Shown piece by piece: positions 47,980-57,788 of a stretch of 64,000 bases of DNA. The notes beneath the pieces are model-generated. The model worked only from the letters and a program-made list of their open reading frames with translations, ran no database searches and was not told the DNA's origin. The position numbers and the translations under genes are program-made. Position 1 is the first letter of the stretch; each line of letters starts with the position of its first letter. Source of the DNA: Patescibacteria group bacterium (GTDB taxonomy: Bacteria > Patescibacteriota > Patescibacteriia > GWA2-46-9); the NCBI GenBank assembly GCA_041675205.1, contig JBAYUF010000004.1, forward strand, positions 29,898 to 93,897, written 5' to 3'.

Positions 47980-49107
47980 CTATCCAACTTCTAGGCAACG
48001 GCCTTGAACGTTGGGTAGCCCGCCATCGATTTTTTCAACTATTTCGTTTATGAGCTGTGGACCCTCGTAAATCATTCCGGTGATAAGTTGCACAAGGTCC
48101 GCGCCGCTGGCAAAGCGCGCCTGTGCGTCAGCTGAAGAAAATATTCCACCACAACTCACTAGCGCCACCTCACTACCAAACACCTGCCGCATGTGAGCCA
48201 CCAATGCGTGCGACTGCAAAGCGGTTGGCCGACCACTAAAGTTGCCTGGCTGACCAGCCAACGCCGCAATTTCTACTGCGTCGAACGCAGCACTGTGTCT
48301 ATTTTTTACTAAGTTTGAAAAAATAAATCCTCGTATACCGTACTGTAAAGCAATGCGTACAAGCACCTCGGCGTTAGGCACGGTGATTTCACTTGGCATC
48401 TTTACAAATAGTGGCTGCCGAATTCCGAGCGTTGTAACGGCACGTACCAGTGCGATAAAATTCTCAGGCTCTGAGAAAGTTTCAGTGAGTGCCGTGTTAG
48501 GACAACTGACATTAAGTTCAAAAAAACTAACGTATGGTTTCGCCTGAAATAATGAAAAAGTCTCTAAGTAATCATCGATTGCCTTAGGAACAGTATTAAC
48601 AGCGGAAACATTTGAGCTACCAATACTTATGCCAAGTGTCTGTTTTTCTAACTGCTTTTTGTCGAGACGAGCCGCAACAGCAATTGCACCGTCAGATTTG
48701 AAACCTTTGTTTACTAATATAGCTTGCGATTTCGGTAGCCGCACTAATTGTTTTCCTGGATTACCCGAGGATGGCCGAGCGGTTACCGTGCCAACGGTGG
48801 TAAAACCAAAACCAACTGCCGGCAGCACCTTCGCCAGATGACCGTTGTAATCAAAACCGGCCGCTAACCCAACGGGGTTTGCAAAGCTAATACCCAAAAC
48901 AGTTTTGGGCTTCCGCACTGTTCGTCCACAAAAAAATTGAACGATTGCCCGTCGATTCTCCAAATACTCACCTACGGCGACTGCTCCTCGATGTACCCGA
49001 CTAGCGTCAAACTTGAAAAGAACCGGCCGAAGAATGGTGCGATATAGAGCACCAATAAGTTTATGCGGCGCAGTAGTGCGAACGATGGCGTGCGTGAACC
49101 ACTTCAT
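47980..49107 (-). CDS. pyrD: Dihydroorotate dehydrogenase, class 2-like
   Basis: NPVGLAAGFD, GTVT..P..GNP, N.SCPNT, GGIFS, GADLVQL.TG.IYEGP. Confidence 0.9.
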   Translation of the reverse strand: MKWFTHAIVRTTAPHKLIGALYRTILRPVLFKFDASRVHRGAVAVGEYLENRRAIVQFFCGRTVRKPKTVLGISFANPVGLAAGFDYNGHLAKVLPAVGFGFTTVGTVTARPSSGNPGKQLVRLPKSQAILVNKGFKSDGAIAVAARLDKKQLEKQTLGISIGSSNVSAVNTVPKAIDDYLETFSLFQAKPYVSFFELNVSCPNTALTETFSEPENFIALVRAVTTLGIRQPLFVKMPSEITVPNAEVLVRIALQYGIRGFIFSNLVKNRHSAAFDAVEIAALAGQPGNFSGRPTALQSHALVAHMRQVFGSEVALVSCGGIFSSADAQARFASGADLVQLITGMIYEGPQLINEIVEKIDGGLPNVQGRCLEVG

Positions 49108-49166
49108 AATGTTAGTGGTACCACACTCTTTGCCAGGTCAACAATCCTGGCGGGTGACGAAATAAT

Positions 49167-50633
49167 CTAGAGCAACCCGAGATCTATGGTGTGATCAATG
49201 CGAATCTTGGCCACAAAGTCTGGGATGTGGCTCACCAACACCATCGCACCCTCATAACTATCGAGTGCGTTCGCTATCACCGGCAAATGTCGAAAATTAA
49301 TATGGTTCGTTGGTTCGTCTAGTATGATGAGACCCGGGCGCATGAGCACTAGTCGCGCTAAGGCAAGCAATCCCTTTTGACCTTCAGACATCGAACGAAT
49401 GTCGTTTCCGAGCACCTTACCATCCAACAAAAAACCAGCTGCCATGGAGCGAAGTGCGTGTTCGTCTTGCTTCTCCATAACCTTCGCCAAACTATCAAAG
49501 CCCGTCTCGTCAAAATTCAGCATTGAAAAATCTTGAGCATAGTAGCCAACACGAACGCCAGCCCCTATGGTTACACCTTTCGCTTCCCCGGATGCAATTT
49601 GTCTAAGCAATGTTGTTTTTCCAATGCCATTTGGGCCAGCCAAGAGAAGATGTGAGCGACGGCGGAGTGTTAAATCTATATCTTTCATGATTGGCTCCCC
49701 TGCTTTTACGATGCCCACCTTTTTAATATCAAGAATGGCGCCATTAAAATCGAACGGAAACTCTTGCACGGGAATAGTGAAGTCACGAATTGTTTTATCC
49801 TCACGACGCACTTCAACCATTTCTTCCGCCGCTTCTTCCGCATTTTCACGCATTCGCTTTGCAACCGAGCGAAGCTTACCACCCTTGTGTGCGAATACTT
49901 CTGCCTGCGCCATTTTCTTTTTTATCTGTTGAGCAGCTTGAGCGTTTTGCATTTCCTCGCGCTCAATGCGGCGACTAATCTCTTCAACCACATCTGTGTA
50001 GTTACCGTTGTACTGTTCAATTTTATGCGTATGTACATCCAGGTAGATAACGCCATCAGTAAAGGCGTTTAAGAAATCGGCGTCGTGGGAAATAACGATG
50101 ACTGTTTTCTCGTACATCATTAAGAATCCAGTGAGATGCATGATACCGTCGTGATCCAAGTTGTTCGTTGGTTCATCAAGCAGCAAAACGTCTGGGTCTT
50201 GAATGAGGGCGTAGGCAAGCAAAAGTCTAGCTTGTTGCCCACCCGAATGTTGACGAACTGTTTTTGTAAGGTCTGTCTTCAAGTTCACCGCATCAAGTAC
50301 GTCGGAAATTCGTTTATCCAAGTTGTAAGGTACTTCTTGAAAGGTGGCGGCGAAAAAATCTCGCACAGTAAGGTCCAGCTGTTCTGGGGCAACGACCTGC
50401 TTCGCAATGCCTACTGTGGCATCTTTGGGCGTTAAGTGAATACGGCCGGATTGCAGCTCACGCTCTCCTAAAATGAGCGAAAACAACGAGGTCTTCCCTG
50501 CCCCGTTTTGCCCCATGAGGGCAACCTTCGAGCCACGACGCACAGAAAAACTAGCCTCATCAAGAATGGGCTTGGTTTTGCCGTAATTAAAAATCACTTC
50601 GTCGAAACGAAGGACTACATCATTATTTGCCAT
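49167..50633 (-). CDS. ABC-F family ATPase
   Basis: Two ABC domains, LDEPTNNLD and LDEPTNH, YNGNY linker, no TM. Confidence 0.92.
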   Translation of the reverse strand: MANNDVVLRFDEVIFNYGKTKPILDEASFSVRRGSKVALMGQNGAGKTSLFSLILGERELQSGRIHLTPKDATVGIAKQVVAPEQLDLTVRDFFAATFQEVPYNLDKRISDVLDAVNLKTDLTKTVRQHSGGQQARLLLAYALIQDPDVLLLDEPTNNLDHDGIMHLTGFLMMYEKTVIVISHDADFLNAFTDGVIYLDVHTHKIEQYNGNYTDVVEEISRRIEREEMQNAQAAQQIKKKMAQAEVFAHKGGKLRSVAKRMRENAEEAAEEMVEVRREDKTIRDFTIPVQEFPFDFNGAILDIKKVGIVKAGEPIMKDIDLTLRRRSHLLLAGPNGIGKTTLLRQIASGEAKGVTIGAGVRVGYYAQDFSMLNFDETGFDSLAKVMEKQDEHALRSMAAGFLLDGKVLGNDIRSMSEGQKGLLALARLVLMRPGLIILDEPTNHINFRHLPVIANALDSYEGAMVLVSHIPDFVAKIRIDHTIDLGLL

Positions 50634-50763
50634 GCCCGAACAGACTAAGGAATTTTTTTAGTCTTGGCAATGGCACACAATGAAAATGCGAGGCTTTTTT
50701 GTGTATTTTAACTATGGCTGTATACTTACTAAACGTTTTTAAAAAGATAACCTTACACATCCT

Positions 50764-51915
50764 ATGAGGCACAGGCTCTCGCTCTTCATCAGCACAGCGG
50801 TACTTATCATGACTCCCCTCTCGGCTCACGCGGCAATGCTCAAGGCTGGCGAAGAATATACCTTGCCGAAAAATAGTACGATCGAAGAAGATCTCTACAT
50901 TGGTGCTGGAAACAGCAGCATCAACGGTGATGTTGCGGGTGATTTAGTTGTTGGTGGTGGCAATATCGTCATTACCGGAAATATCAAAGACGACCTCACC
51001 ATTGGTGGTGGTTCAATAAAAGTCCTCGGCTCTGTTGGTGATGACCTTCGTATTGCTGGCGGCGACATAACAATTACTGGCGCTATTGGCGGCGACCTCG
51101 TCATTGCCGGTGGAAATGTTCACATTCTCTCAACGGCAACGATTGCTGGTGATATTTTAGCCGGTGCTGGTGCACTTATAATCGATGGCACAGTTACGGG
51201 GGATGTTTCAGCAGCCGGCGGTGCGCTGCTTCTTAATGGCACTGTTGCTGGAAGCGTCTTCGCTCGAGCTGAAGAAATCAAACTTGGTACGGGCGCAACA
51301 ATCGAAGGCAACCTTGCGTATCACGCACCAAAGGCCGCCTCTGTAGCCACTGGCGCAACCATTAAGGGCGCAACCGACTACACGCAGGTTATGCGGCCAG
51401 CAAAGCACGGCGGGCCAGCATTCGCCAAAGGCATGTTTGCCTTCTTGGGTGTCCTTTGGCTTACCAAAGTGCTCATGCTTCTTCTGGCAGCACTACTCCT
51501 CTTTGCCTTTGTACCTCGAATGCTTACGGCTACTACCAAAACGGCTATGGATAGCTTCGGGTCTGCCGCATTGCGTGGCTCCATTGTTCTGGTAGTAACG
51601 CCATTTGCAATTATTCTGAGCTTGATAACAATTATCGGCATGCTCGTCGGCATACCCGCGGCACTCATTTTCGGAGCACTTCTCATTATCGCAAAGGTGC
51701 TCGCGGGCGTTACGTTTGGCTCCATTATTTTCCGCCAATTCAAAAAGGCGAAGGAGGTAGAAGTAACCTGGCAGAGTATTACGGTCGGCGTCATCTGCTT
51801 GGCGCTCCTTAGTGCCATTCCTTTCGTTGGTTGGATTTTGTGTTTCCTACTGTTTATCGCCTCACTTGGTAGCGTGTCTTCCCACCTCTACCACTTGATT
51901 GCAAAAGAACGCTAA
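50764..51915 (+). CDS. Bactofilin-like beta-helix protein with C-terminal TM bundle
   Basis: Signal peptide, repeated I.G.V.GDL..AGG units, 4-5 TM ending IPFVGW. Confidence 0.85.
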   Translation: MRHRLSLFISTAVLIMTPLSAHAAMLKAGEEYTLPKNSTIEEDLYIGAGNSSINGDVAGDLVVGGGNIVITGNIKDDLTIGGGSIKVLGSVGDDLRIAGGDITITGAIGGDLVIAGGNVHILSTATIAGDILAGAGALIIDGTVTGDVSAAGGALLLNGTVAGSVFARAEEIKLGTGATIEGNLAYHAPKAASVATGATIKGATDYTQVMRPAKHGGPAFAKGMFAFLGVLWLTKVLMLLLAALLLFAFVPRMLTATTKTAMDSFGSAALRGSIVLVVTPFAIILSLITIIGMLVGIPAALIFGALLIIAKVLAGVTFGSIIFRQFKKAKEVEVTWQSITVGVICLALLSAIPFVGWILCFLLFIASLGSVSSHLYHLIAKER

Positions 51916-51930
51916 GTAGAAATAACCTGT

Positions 51931-51966
51931 AAATAAACCAGCCCACTACGGGCTGGTTTATTTTTT
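51931..51966. terminator. Bidirectional terminator
   Basis: AAATAAACCAGCCC-ACTAC-GGGCTGGTTTATTT. Confidence 0.8.
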
Positions 51967-51997
51967 GACCAAAAAATACTTCGCTACGGTAGCTTAG

Positions 51998-52530
51998 CTA
52001 TAGAATTTCTTTTTCCAATATTTTCTCTATTTCTGCTTCACTAATCGGTCTTAGCAATTTTTTTAATTCTGGGTCTTCGGACAAATCAACATCATGTTTC
52101 TTTAACAGCAGGACGGTCATTTTCATCAACTTCGTTATTTCTTTTTCGGCAATGAGGTTTATTTGTAAATGAACTTCTTCTCTAAGGTCGTCAACTTTCA
52201 TATTTCTGTTCTGTGATATCAGCACAAAATAGCAAGTACAATTGCTTCCAAAGAAACTATAGTGGTCAATAAGCTGAATGGAAATGGATCAAACACTGGA
52301 ATCCACGCAATGCGATTTGTATTGATGAGTACCCAGGCAATAAATAGGCCGGAATTAACAAGAAGAAAACTCATACTGCCAAAGTGCGAGGTCATCCAAT
52401 CGGCAATCTTGTCTGACAGTATTCTCTTGGCGTCAGCTTTCGCCTTAATGCTCCGGAGTATCATCTTTCTTTTTGGCGTTTCATTTTCACCAAACAACCC
52501 ATACAGAAACGACAAGTGATTTTTTGACAT
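51998..52530 (-). pseudogene. DUF1003 protein split by a 1-nt frameshift (pseudogene or sequencing error)
   Basis: FDPFPFSLLTTIVSLEAIVLAI / (F)VLISQNR in two frames; one T missing from the run at 52226-52229. Confidence 0.85.
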
Positions 52531-52603
52531 AGAAATATTGAACTAGTTTATATTGTTTCGACAATCAGTTGAAACCAAACCACAATCGTTCAACTCATAA
52601 TGC

Positions 52604-53911
52604 TTATTGCGCTTCATTTTTATGCTTCACAATTACTTTTTTTATAGTACGCAAAGTAATCTCCTGAACAGTAAAAACCATATCCTCGTGCAGAACTTCG
52701 TCCCCCGCTTTGGGAAAACGCTCTAGCCTATCCAAAATGAAACCAGAAACGGTATTAAAATCTTTATCTTCAGGCAATGCAGAATGGAAATGCTTATTAA
52801 AATCAACCACTGATACATCACCCGCAACCTTATGCGTATCGCCAACCTGCTCAATGGCTTGACTTACTTCATCGGTTTCGTCGGTAATGTCCCCCACTAT
52901 TTCTTCTAATATATCTTCCAGGGTAACAAGCCCCTCCACTTCACCACGTTCATTCGTTACTAATGCCACTTGCACCTTTTTTCTTTGCAGCCGTTGTAGT
53001 ACTTCGCTAATTTTCATAGCCGTAGGCACAAAGTAAGGCGGCAACAAATAATCATGGATATCAAAATTCTTATCCACGTTATCAAACTTCCCCAATAATT
53101 TTTTTGTGTACAAAACACCAACAATAGTATTGAGGTTGCCTTGGTATATAGGTATGCGGGAGTACCCAGATTCAATCGCTTTATGGACCACGCTTCGCGC
53201 TGGCTCATTAATATCAAAGGCAACCATCTGCGTCCGAGGTACCATTATTTTCTCTACGGTTAAATTAGAGAAATCAAAAATATTTTCTAGAAGACCGTGT
53301 TCGTGCGCCTTAATAGTGCCCGCATTACGACCTTCTATTAGAACTGCCCTAATTTCTTCCTTGGAAAGTCGCGACTCTAAAAAGCTGGTTGAATCTTTAA
53401 AAAATTTCAAAATGAAATTTGCAGAACTGCTGAGTAACTTTATGGGCCAAAAAGAAATTTTTGATTCCCACCAAATTGGATAGGCCGCCAGCAAGCTAAA
53501 TTTCTCGGCGTACCGTAACCCAAGTGACTTTGGCACAAGCTCACCCAAGACCACACTAACGTAGGACAATACCGCCACAACAACTACGAAACTGATGGCA
53601 TAAGCATTATTCGAAATGAATAAATAACTTACATTTTCTAGTACGCCTGAAAATCGTTCTGCAATACTAGCGCCGGCAAAGGCGGAAGCAAAAATGGTGA
53701 TAACAGAAATACCAACCTGAATCGTGGCAAACAAGCTTTCGGGATTCTTATGAAGCTCTTGGACAATTTTCGCTCGTTGATTCCCCTGCTTCGCTAAACT
53801 AGCAATGCGTGTTTTTCGAACAGAAATGAGCGCAATTTCGCTCATCGAGAAAAAACCGTTCAGTAACGTCAGTAAAAAAACTATTGAAATTTCCCAAAAG
53901 ATTTTATCCAT
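52604..53911 (-). CDS. HlyC/CorC (CNNM-CBS) family protein
   Basis: NGFFS.SE.AL, GELVPKS, MVPR, YSRIP.Y, TLEDILEEIVG.I.DE. Confidence 0.95.
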   Translation of the reverse strand: MDKIFWEISIVFLLTLLNGFFSMSEIALISVRKTRIASLAKQGNQRAKIVQELHKNPESLFATIQVGISVITIFASAFAGASIAERFSGVLENVSYLFISNNAYAISFVVVVAVLSYVSVVLGELVPKSLGLRYAEKFSLLAAYPIWWESKISFWPIKLLSSSANFILKFFKDSTSFLESRLSKEEIRAVLIEGRNAGTIKAHEHGLLENIFDFSNLTVEKIMVPRTQMVAFDINEPARSVVHKAIESGYSRIPIYQGNLNTIVGVLYTKKLLGKFDNVDKNFDIHDYLLPPYFVPTAMKISEVLQRLQRKKVQVALVTNERGEVEGLVTLEDILEEIVGDITDETDEVSQAIEQVGDTHKVAGDVSVVDFNKHFHSALPEDKDFNTVSGFILDRLERFPKAGDEVLHEDMVFTVQEITLRTIKKVIVKHKNEAQ

Positions 53912-54061
53912 ATGTGCTGCAACATCCTTTACTATAGCCCGTTTTGAGGAAAATTGAACGTCACGGATATACTGTTTGAATCTTGCTGAAACGGGGGCGG
54001 GGCGAGTCTCATTCAGTGTTACTGAACAAAACCCGCCCCGTCAAGAAACCCGATGTACCCG

Positions 54062-55048
54062 TCAGTAGACGAGCGTCCCGCCGATGACCGGATAGCTATC
54101 CGACACCGTACTCATCACCTCCGACCCTCCGGGTGGTACGTACGACCAAGAGAGCCCGCCCGTAGCGCCTTGCGTACCATCGATTGTCACGCCGAAGGTA
54201 CTCATGGCAGTCGCACCGCTGGTGTCGACTTTGACACCCAAAGAAACGGTGTTGCCAGCAGTAACAGTGAAGGGCGGGTCAAACGTTACCAGACTGGTTG
54301 ATCCACCCATGGTGCCGCTCCAGTTATCACCCGTGCCGATGGAACTGGCGCCGACGTAGATCACCGGCGAGGCATTTACCGGCACTTGCGCGCCGACATT
54401 GCCAGTCCGCGTCAGTGTCAAAGAATGCAAGGTGAGATTTCGACCACCTTGCGCCTTCACATTGAAGATGGCGACCGTCTGTCCAACGGCTGGTGTAGAG
54501 GCACCGACTGGGCTCGCCGCCGAAAGGGTGATGATGGGCACCACCGATTCGGCGAGTGTCGTTGTTGTCGTCGTCGTGGTGGTAGTCGTTGTTGTCGTTG
54601 TGGTGACACTGCTGCACTGCGCGGTGCAGCTAGTAACCTCCGCAATCAATACTTCGACATCATCGCAGACGAGTGTGCCGCACCCCACCTCGCCTTGAGG
54701 GCCAGGTGCGCCTTGGAGTCCCTGGGATCCAACGACACCAGGCAGACCCTGCGGACCCTGAATGCCGCAGTAGCGAATGACGGCGTTCACAGACGAAACG
54801 CCGTCGCTCACATCGACAACGCAGTCCGCCGGCATGAAGGTCGCGGTCGCGGTGAAAATGCCATGGCCGCCCGCTTCCCCCGAAGGGATGCCGTCGAGCA
54901 TGACCGGGAAACCAGGCGTGGCACCACTGCCCTTGATGATGAGCTGACCACCTTTGATGGCAGCTTGCTTCACCACGATGCCGTCAGCCGCTTGTGCCGA
55001 AAAGGCCAGCGCGCACGAAAAGAACAGAGCTATGAACGGATTCCGCAT
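54062..55048 (-). CDS. Secreted protein with collagen-like Gly-X-Y repeat, poly-Thr linker and beta-rich C-domain (cassette 8)
   Basis: Signal peptide; GIQGPQGLPGVVGSQGLQGAPGPQGE; long Thr run; AAAGGAGG SD; TTGACA at 55124-55119; hairpin 53996-54040. Confidence 0.8.
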   Translation of the reverse strand: MRNPFIALFFSCALAFSAQAADGIVVKQAAIKGGQLIIKGSGATPGFPVMLDGIPSGEAGGHGIFTATATFMPADCVVDVSDGVSSVNAVIRYCGIQGPQGLPGVVGSQGLQGAPGPQGEVGCGTLVCDDVEVLIAEVTSCTAQCSSVTTTTTTTTTTTTTTTTLAESVVPIITLSAASPVGASTPAVGQTVAIFNVKAQGGRNLTLHSLTLTRTGNVGAQVPVNASPVIYVGASSIGTGDNWSGTMGGSTSLVTFDPPFTVTAGNTVSLGVKVDTSGATAMSTFGVTIDGTQGATGGLSWSYVPPGGSEVMSTVSDSYPVIGGTLVY

Positions 55049-55149
55049 GGGAATTCCTCCTTTGTTTTTGTTCGACAGGAAATTACCGACAACTATTCTT
55101 AGAGTAAAATGGTGACTTTGTCAACGTATTTAATGAATTTTAAACAAAT

Positions 55150-55186
55150 AAAAAATCACCCCGACGTCAAGTCGGGGTGATTTTTT
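55150..55186 (-). terminator. Terminator after the cold-shock gene
   Basis: AAAAAATCACCCCGAC-GTCAA-GTCGGGGTGATTTTTT. Confidence 0.8.
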
Positions 55187-55199
55187 AACCTAGTAAAAG

Positions 55200-55400
55200 T
55201 TAGGCTCGGCGAACGTTCTTTGCACGAGGGCCCTTGTCGGACTCTTCGGTCTCAAACGTAACGTCCATGCCAATTTGGAGGTCTTCGAAAGTGCCTTCTA
55301 CCAAAGCGGACTTGTGGAAGAAAACATCTTTGTCGGAACCTTCTGGCGTAATGAAACCAAAACCCTTTTCAGTGTTTAAGCTCTTAATTTTTCCATTCAT
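55200..55400 (-). CDS. cspA: Cold-shock protein
   Basis: KGFGFI, DVFFH.S, KGPRA.NV. Confidence 0.93.
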   Translation of the reverse strand: MNGKIKSLNTEKGFGFITPEGSDKDVFFHKSALVEGTFEDLQIGMDVTFETEESDKGPRAKNVRRA

Positions 55401-55585
55401 AGAAAACAAAATTAAATTGAACAATATACAAATTTAAAATTCCCCTGGAAATTCGACGGATATCCATATGGAACCCAATTTGTAAGACAATGATAGTTCA
55501 AATTACACATATTGTCCACCATGGCTCCGTGGCAAAGCGTACGAGTCCATGGCGTTGTAGTATACTTGTGAAAGCACCAATACGT

Positions 55586-57766
55586 ATGAAAAAAATAATT
55601 TCTTCTCTGCTTGTCGCTTGTATTTTTTTACTCCAACTGCAACCGGCGTTGGCTCAGGAAGTGTATCCTGAATTCAGTGCGAATATTCTTATACCAGACG
55701 CTGCGTTTACTGATACGTCTACCTTCGGCGGACCAGAAGGCATCCAACACTTCTTAGAATCAAAAGGAAGCGTTCTTGCCAACACCCAAATAGATTTTTT
55801 GATAAAATTAAATGAACCAAACGACACGACGGTTAAGCAAGCATTGGATGATCCGCAGCCAAACATCGGACGCCTGAGAACGGCCGCTGAACTTATTTGG
55901 GATGCTGCCCGAGCCAGTGGTTTAAATCCGCAGATCATCTTAGTTACCCTGCAAAAAGAGCAAGGACTCATCGCCAATAAAATCTCACCTGACCGATTAC
56001 CGCTCGTATTAAATCGAGCATTAGGATTTGATTGTCCGATTGCTACTGGATGCGGCAATCTTTTTCCCGGCTTTTACTACCAGCTATTTGGCAATATTGA
56101 TACCGAAGGAAATCGATACTTGGGCGCACCAAAATCACTTGTGAAATCATTTACGACACCAGGCGGACGTGGGCCAACCATCAACGGTGCAACGACAAAA
56201 GTTGGTGATAGCATTGTTCTAACAAATACTGTGGGAGACTATGCAAACGTGCAAACCTCGCAAAGCGTTACGCTTGGCAATCGAGCAACAGCCGCACTCT
56301 ATCGCTATACACCCCATGTCTTTAATGGAAACTATAACTTCTGGAAATTCTTTACTGGCTGGTTCAAATATCCGAATGGAACGCTCATTAAAACACTACA
56401 CGACAATGTCGTCTTTATTATTCAAGACGGATCTCGACAACACGTGCCAGGTTTCGTAGCCGCCGCACGTACTATAAACCAAGCAACGGCACTAACTGTC
56501 TCGCCAATCGAACTTACGAATTACCCACTTGGCCCGACCTATGGCCCCAATGACAACACTGTCGTTACTGCAAACGGTACGTTCTTTGTCTTCATTGCAA
56601 ACGTCATGCATCCCGCCACCACGTTTGTATTGCAGCAGCGAAAACTTGATCCAACCAAAAGTTTGTCTATTTCTCCAGCAGAAGCGAGCCTCTTTACCAC
56701 CGGCCCTCAGCTGACGCCAAGTAATGGCACGGTGGTACGAGGAGAAACCAACCCTGCCATCTACCTCGTCGACCAGAGTGTTTTGAAATTATTCACCCCG
56801 TTCACCTTACAGCAACACAATGCTGGTAATCTGGTACAAAAAATTCCTGACGCAGAGATTTCCTTATACGCAAAACAGGGGCATGTCTTTCCCTTAAAAG
56901 GTACGCTTATCAAAAGCGCGGCCAGTACGAGTGTCTATCTTATGAGTGAAGCACAACGACTACCACTGACTGCTGACCTATTCAAGAACCTTGGCTTCAA
57001 CACAAAAACTATTGCTACAGTGAACGATGTTGCGCTCGCTGAAATTCCAGTAGGTGCGTCGCCCACACCTCGTGACGGCACGTACTTCACTAGTAAAGAA
57101 TCAAAAGAAATGTACGTATTCAAAGGTGGGGCCAAGCATCCTATCTCGGCATTCGTGGCCAAGCAACGAGCCATTAAACCTGACTACGCTTTCGAAGCAA
57201 GTATCGTTAGCAATTGGCCAGACGGCATCGCCCTAACCCCAAAAGACGGCACACTGATAAAAAGTAACCTCTCGGCAAGCGTCTACGTTGTGATGAGTGG
57301 TCAACTGCGACCGCTCACGGCCGAACTGTTCAAGAATCTGGGTTACAACTTCAAAAATGTCGCAACAATTCCCGACAACGAGGTGGCTGTTTACCCTAAA
57401 GAAAGTTTTGCCACACCAAAAGAAAATACCTACTTTAGCGTTGCTGAAACACAGGAATTCTATCTATTTAGCAAAGGCACGAAGCGACGCATCTATCCAT
57501 TTATTGCAAAGCAGCGTGGCATGACACCCGATTATACGTTTAGTATTGAAGTGGCGAGTGGCTGGCAAAGTGGTATACCCGTGGCGGCGCGCGATGGAAC
57601 GCTCGTCAAAAGCGAAACATTGTCGACTGTCTACGTTGTCGTAACAGGAACGCTGCGGCCCTTAACCAGTACGGCATTCGCCCGACGTGGCTACAGCAGT
57701 AAAAAAATAACGGTTATCCCGCAAACGGAGCTTGATGGCTTACCGAAAGGCGCTTTGATTCAATAA
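55586..57766 (+). CDS. Secreted protein: lysozyme-like N-terminal domain plus tandem ~60-aa repeats
   Basis: Signal peptide; NPQ.ILVTLQKEQGL, N.ATAALY.YTPH; repeated GTL(I/V)K....VY. Confidence 0.8.
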   Translation: MKKIISSLLVACIFLLQLQPALAQEVYPEFSANILIPDAAFTDTSTFGGPEGIQHFLESKGSVLANTQIDFLIKLNEPNDTTVKQALDDPQPNIGRLRTAAELIWDAARASGLNPQIILVTLQKEQGLIANKISPDRLPLVLNRALGFDCPIATGCGNLFPGFYYQLFGNIDTEGNRYLGAPKSLVKSFTTPGGRGPTINGATTKVGDSIVLTNTVGDYANVQTSQSVTLGNRATAALYRYTPHVFNGNYNFWKFFTGWFKYPNGTLIKTLHDNVVFIIQDGSRQHVPGFVAAARTINQATALTVSPIELTNYPLGPTYGPNDNTVVTANGTFFVFIANVMHPATTFVLQQRKLDPTKSLSISPAEASLFTTGPQLTPSNGTVVRGETNPAIYLVDQSVLKLFTPFTLQQHNAGNLVQKIPDAEISLYAKQGHVFPLKGTLIKSAASTSVYLMSEAQRLPLTADLFKNLGFNTKTIATVNDVALAEIPVGASPTPRDGTYFTSKESKEMYVFKGGAKHPISAFVAKQRAIKPDYAFEASIVSNWPDGIALTPKDGTLIKSNLSASVYVVMSGQLRPLTAELFKNLGYNFKNVATIPDNEVAVYPKESFATPKENTYFSVAETQEFYLFSKGTKRRIYPFIAKQRGMTPDYTFSIEVASGWQSGIPVAARDGTLVKSETLSTVYVVVTGTLRPLTSTAFARRGYSSKKITVIPQTELDGLPKGALIQ

Positions 57767-57788
57767 TAAAAATTCAACCAAAACGTCA

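Noticed and set aside
52219-52230. TGA read-through or alternative genetic code (code 25)
   Set aside because: The downstream half is in a different frame, and other genes are full length in code 11, with TGA used as a stop in ATGA overlaps.
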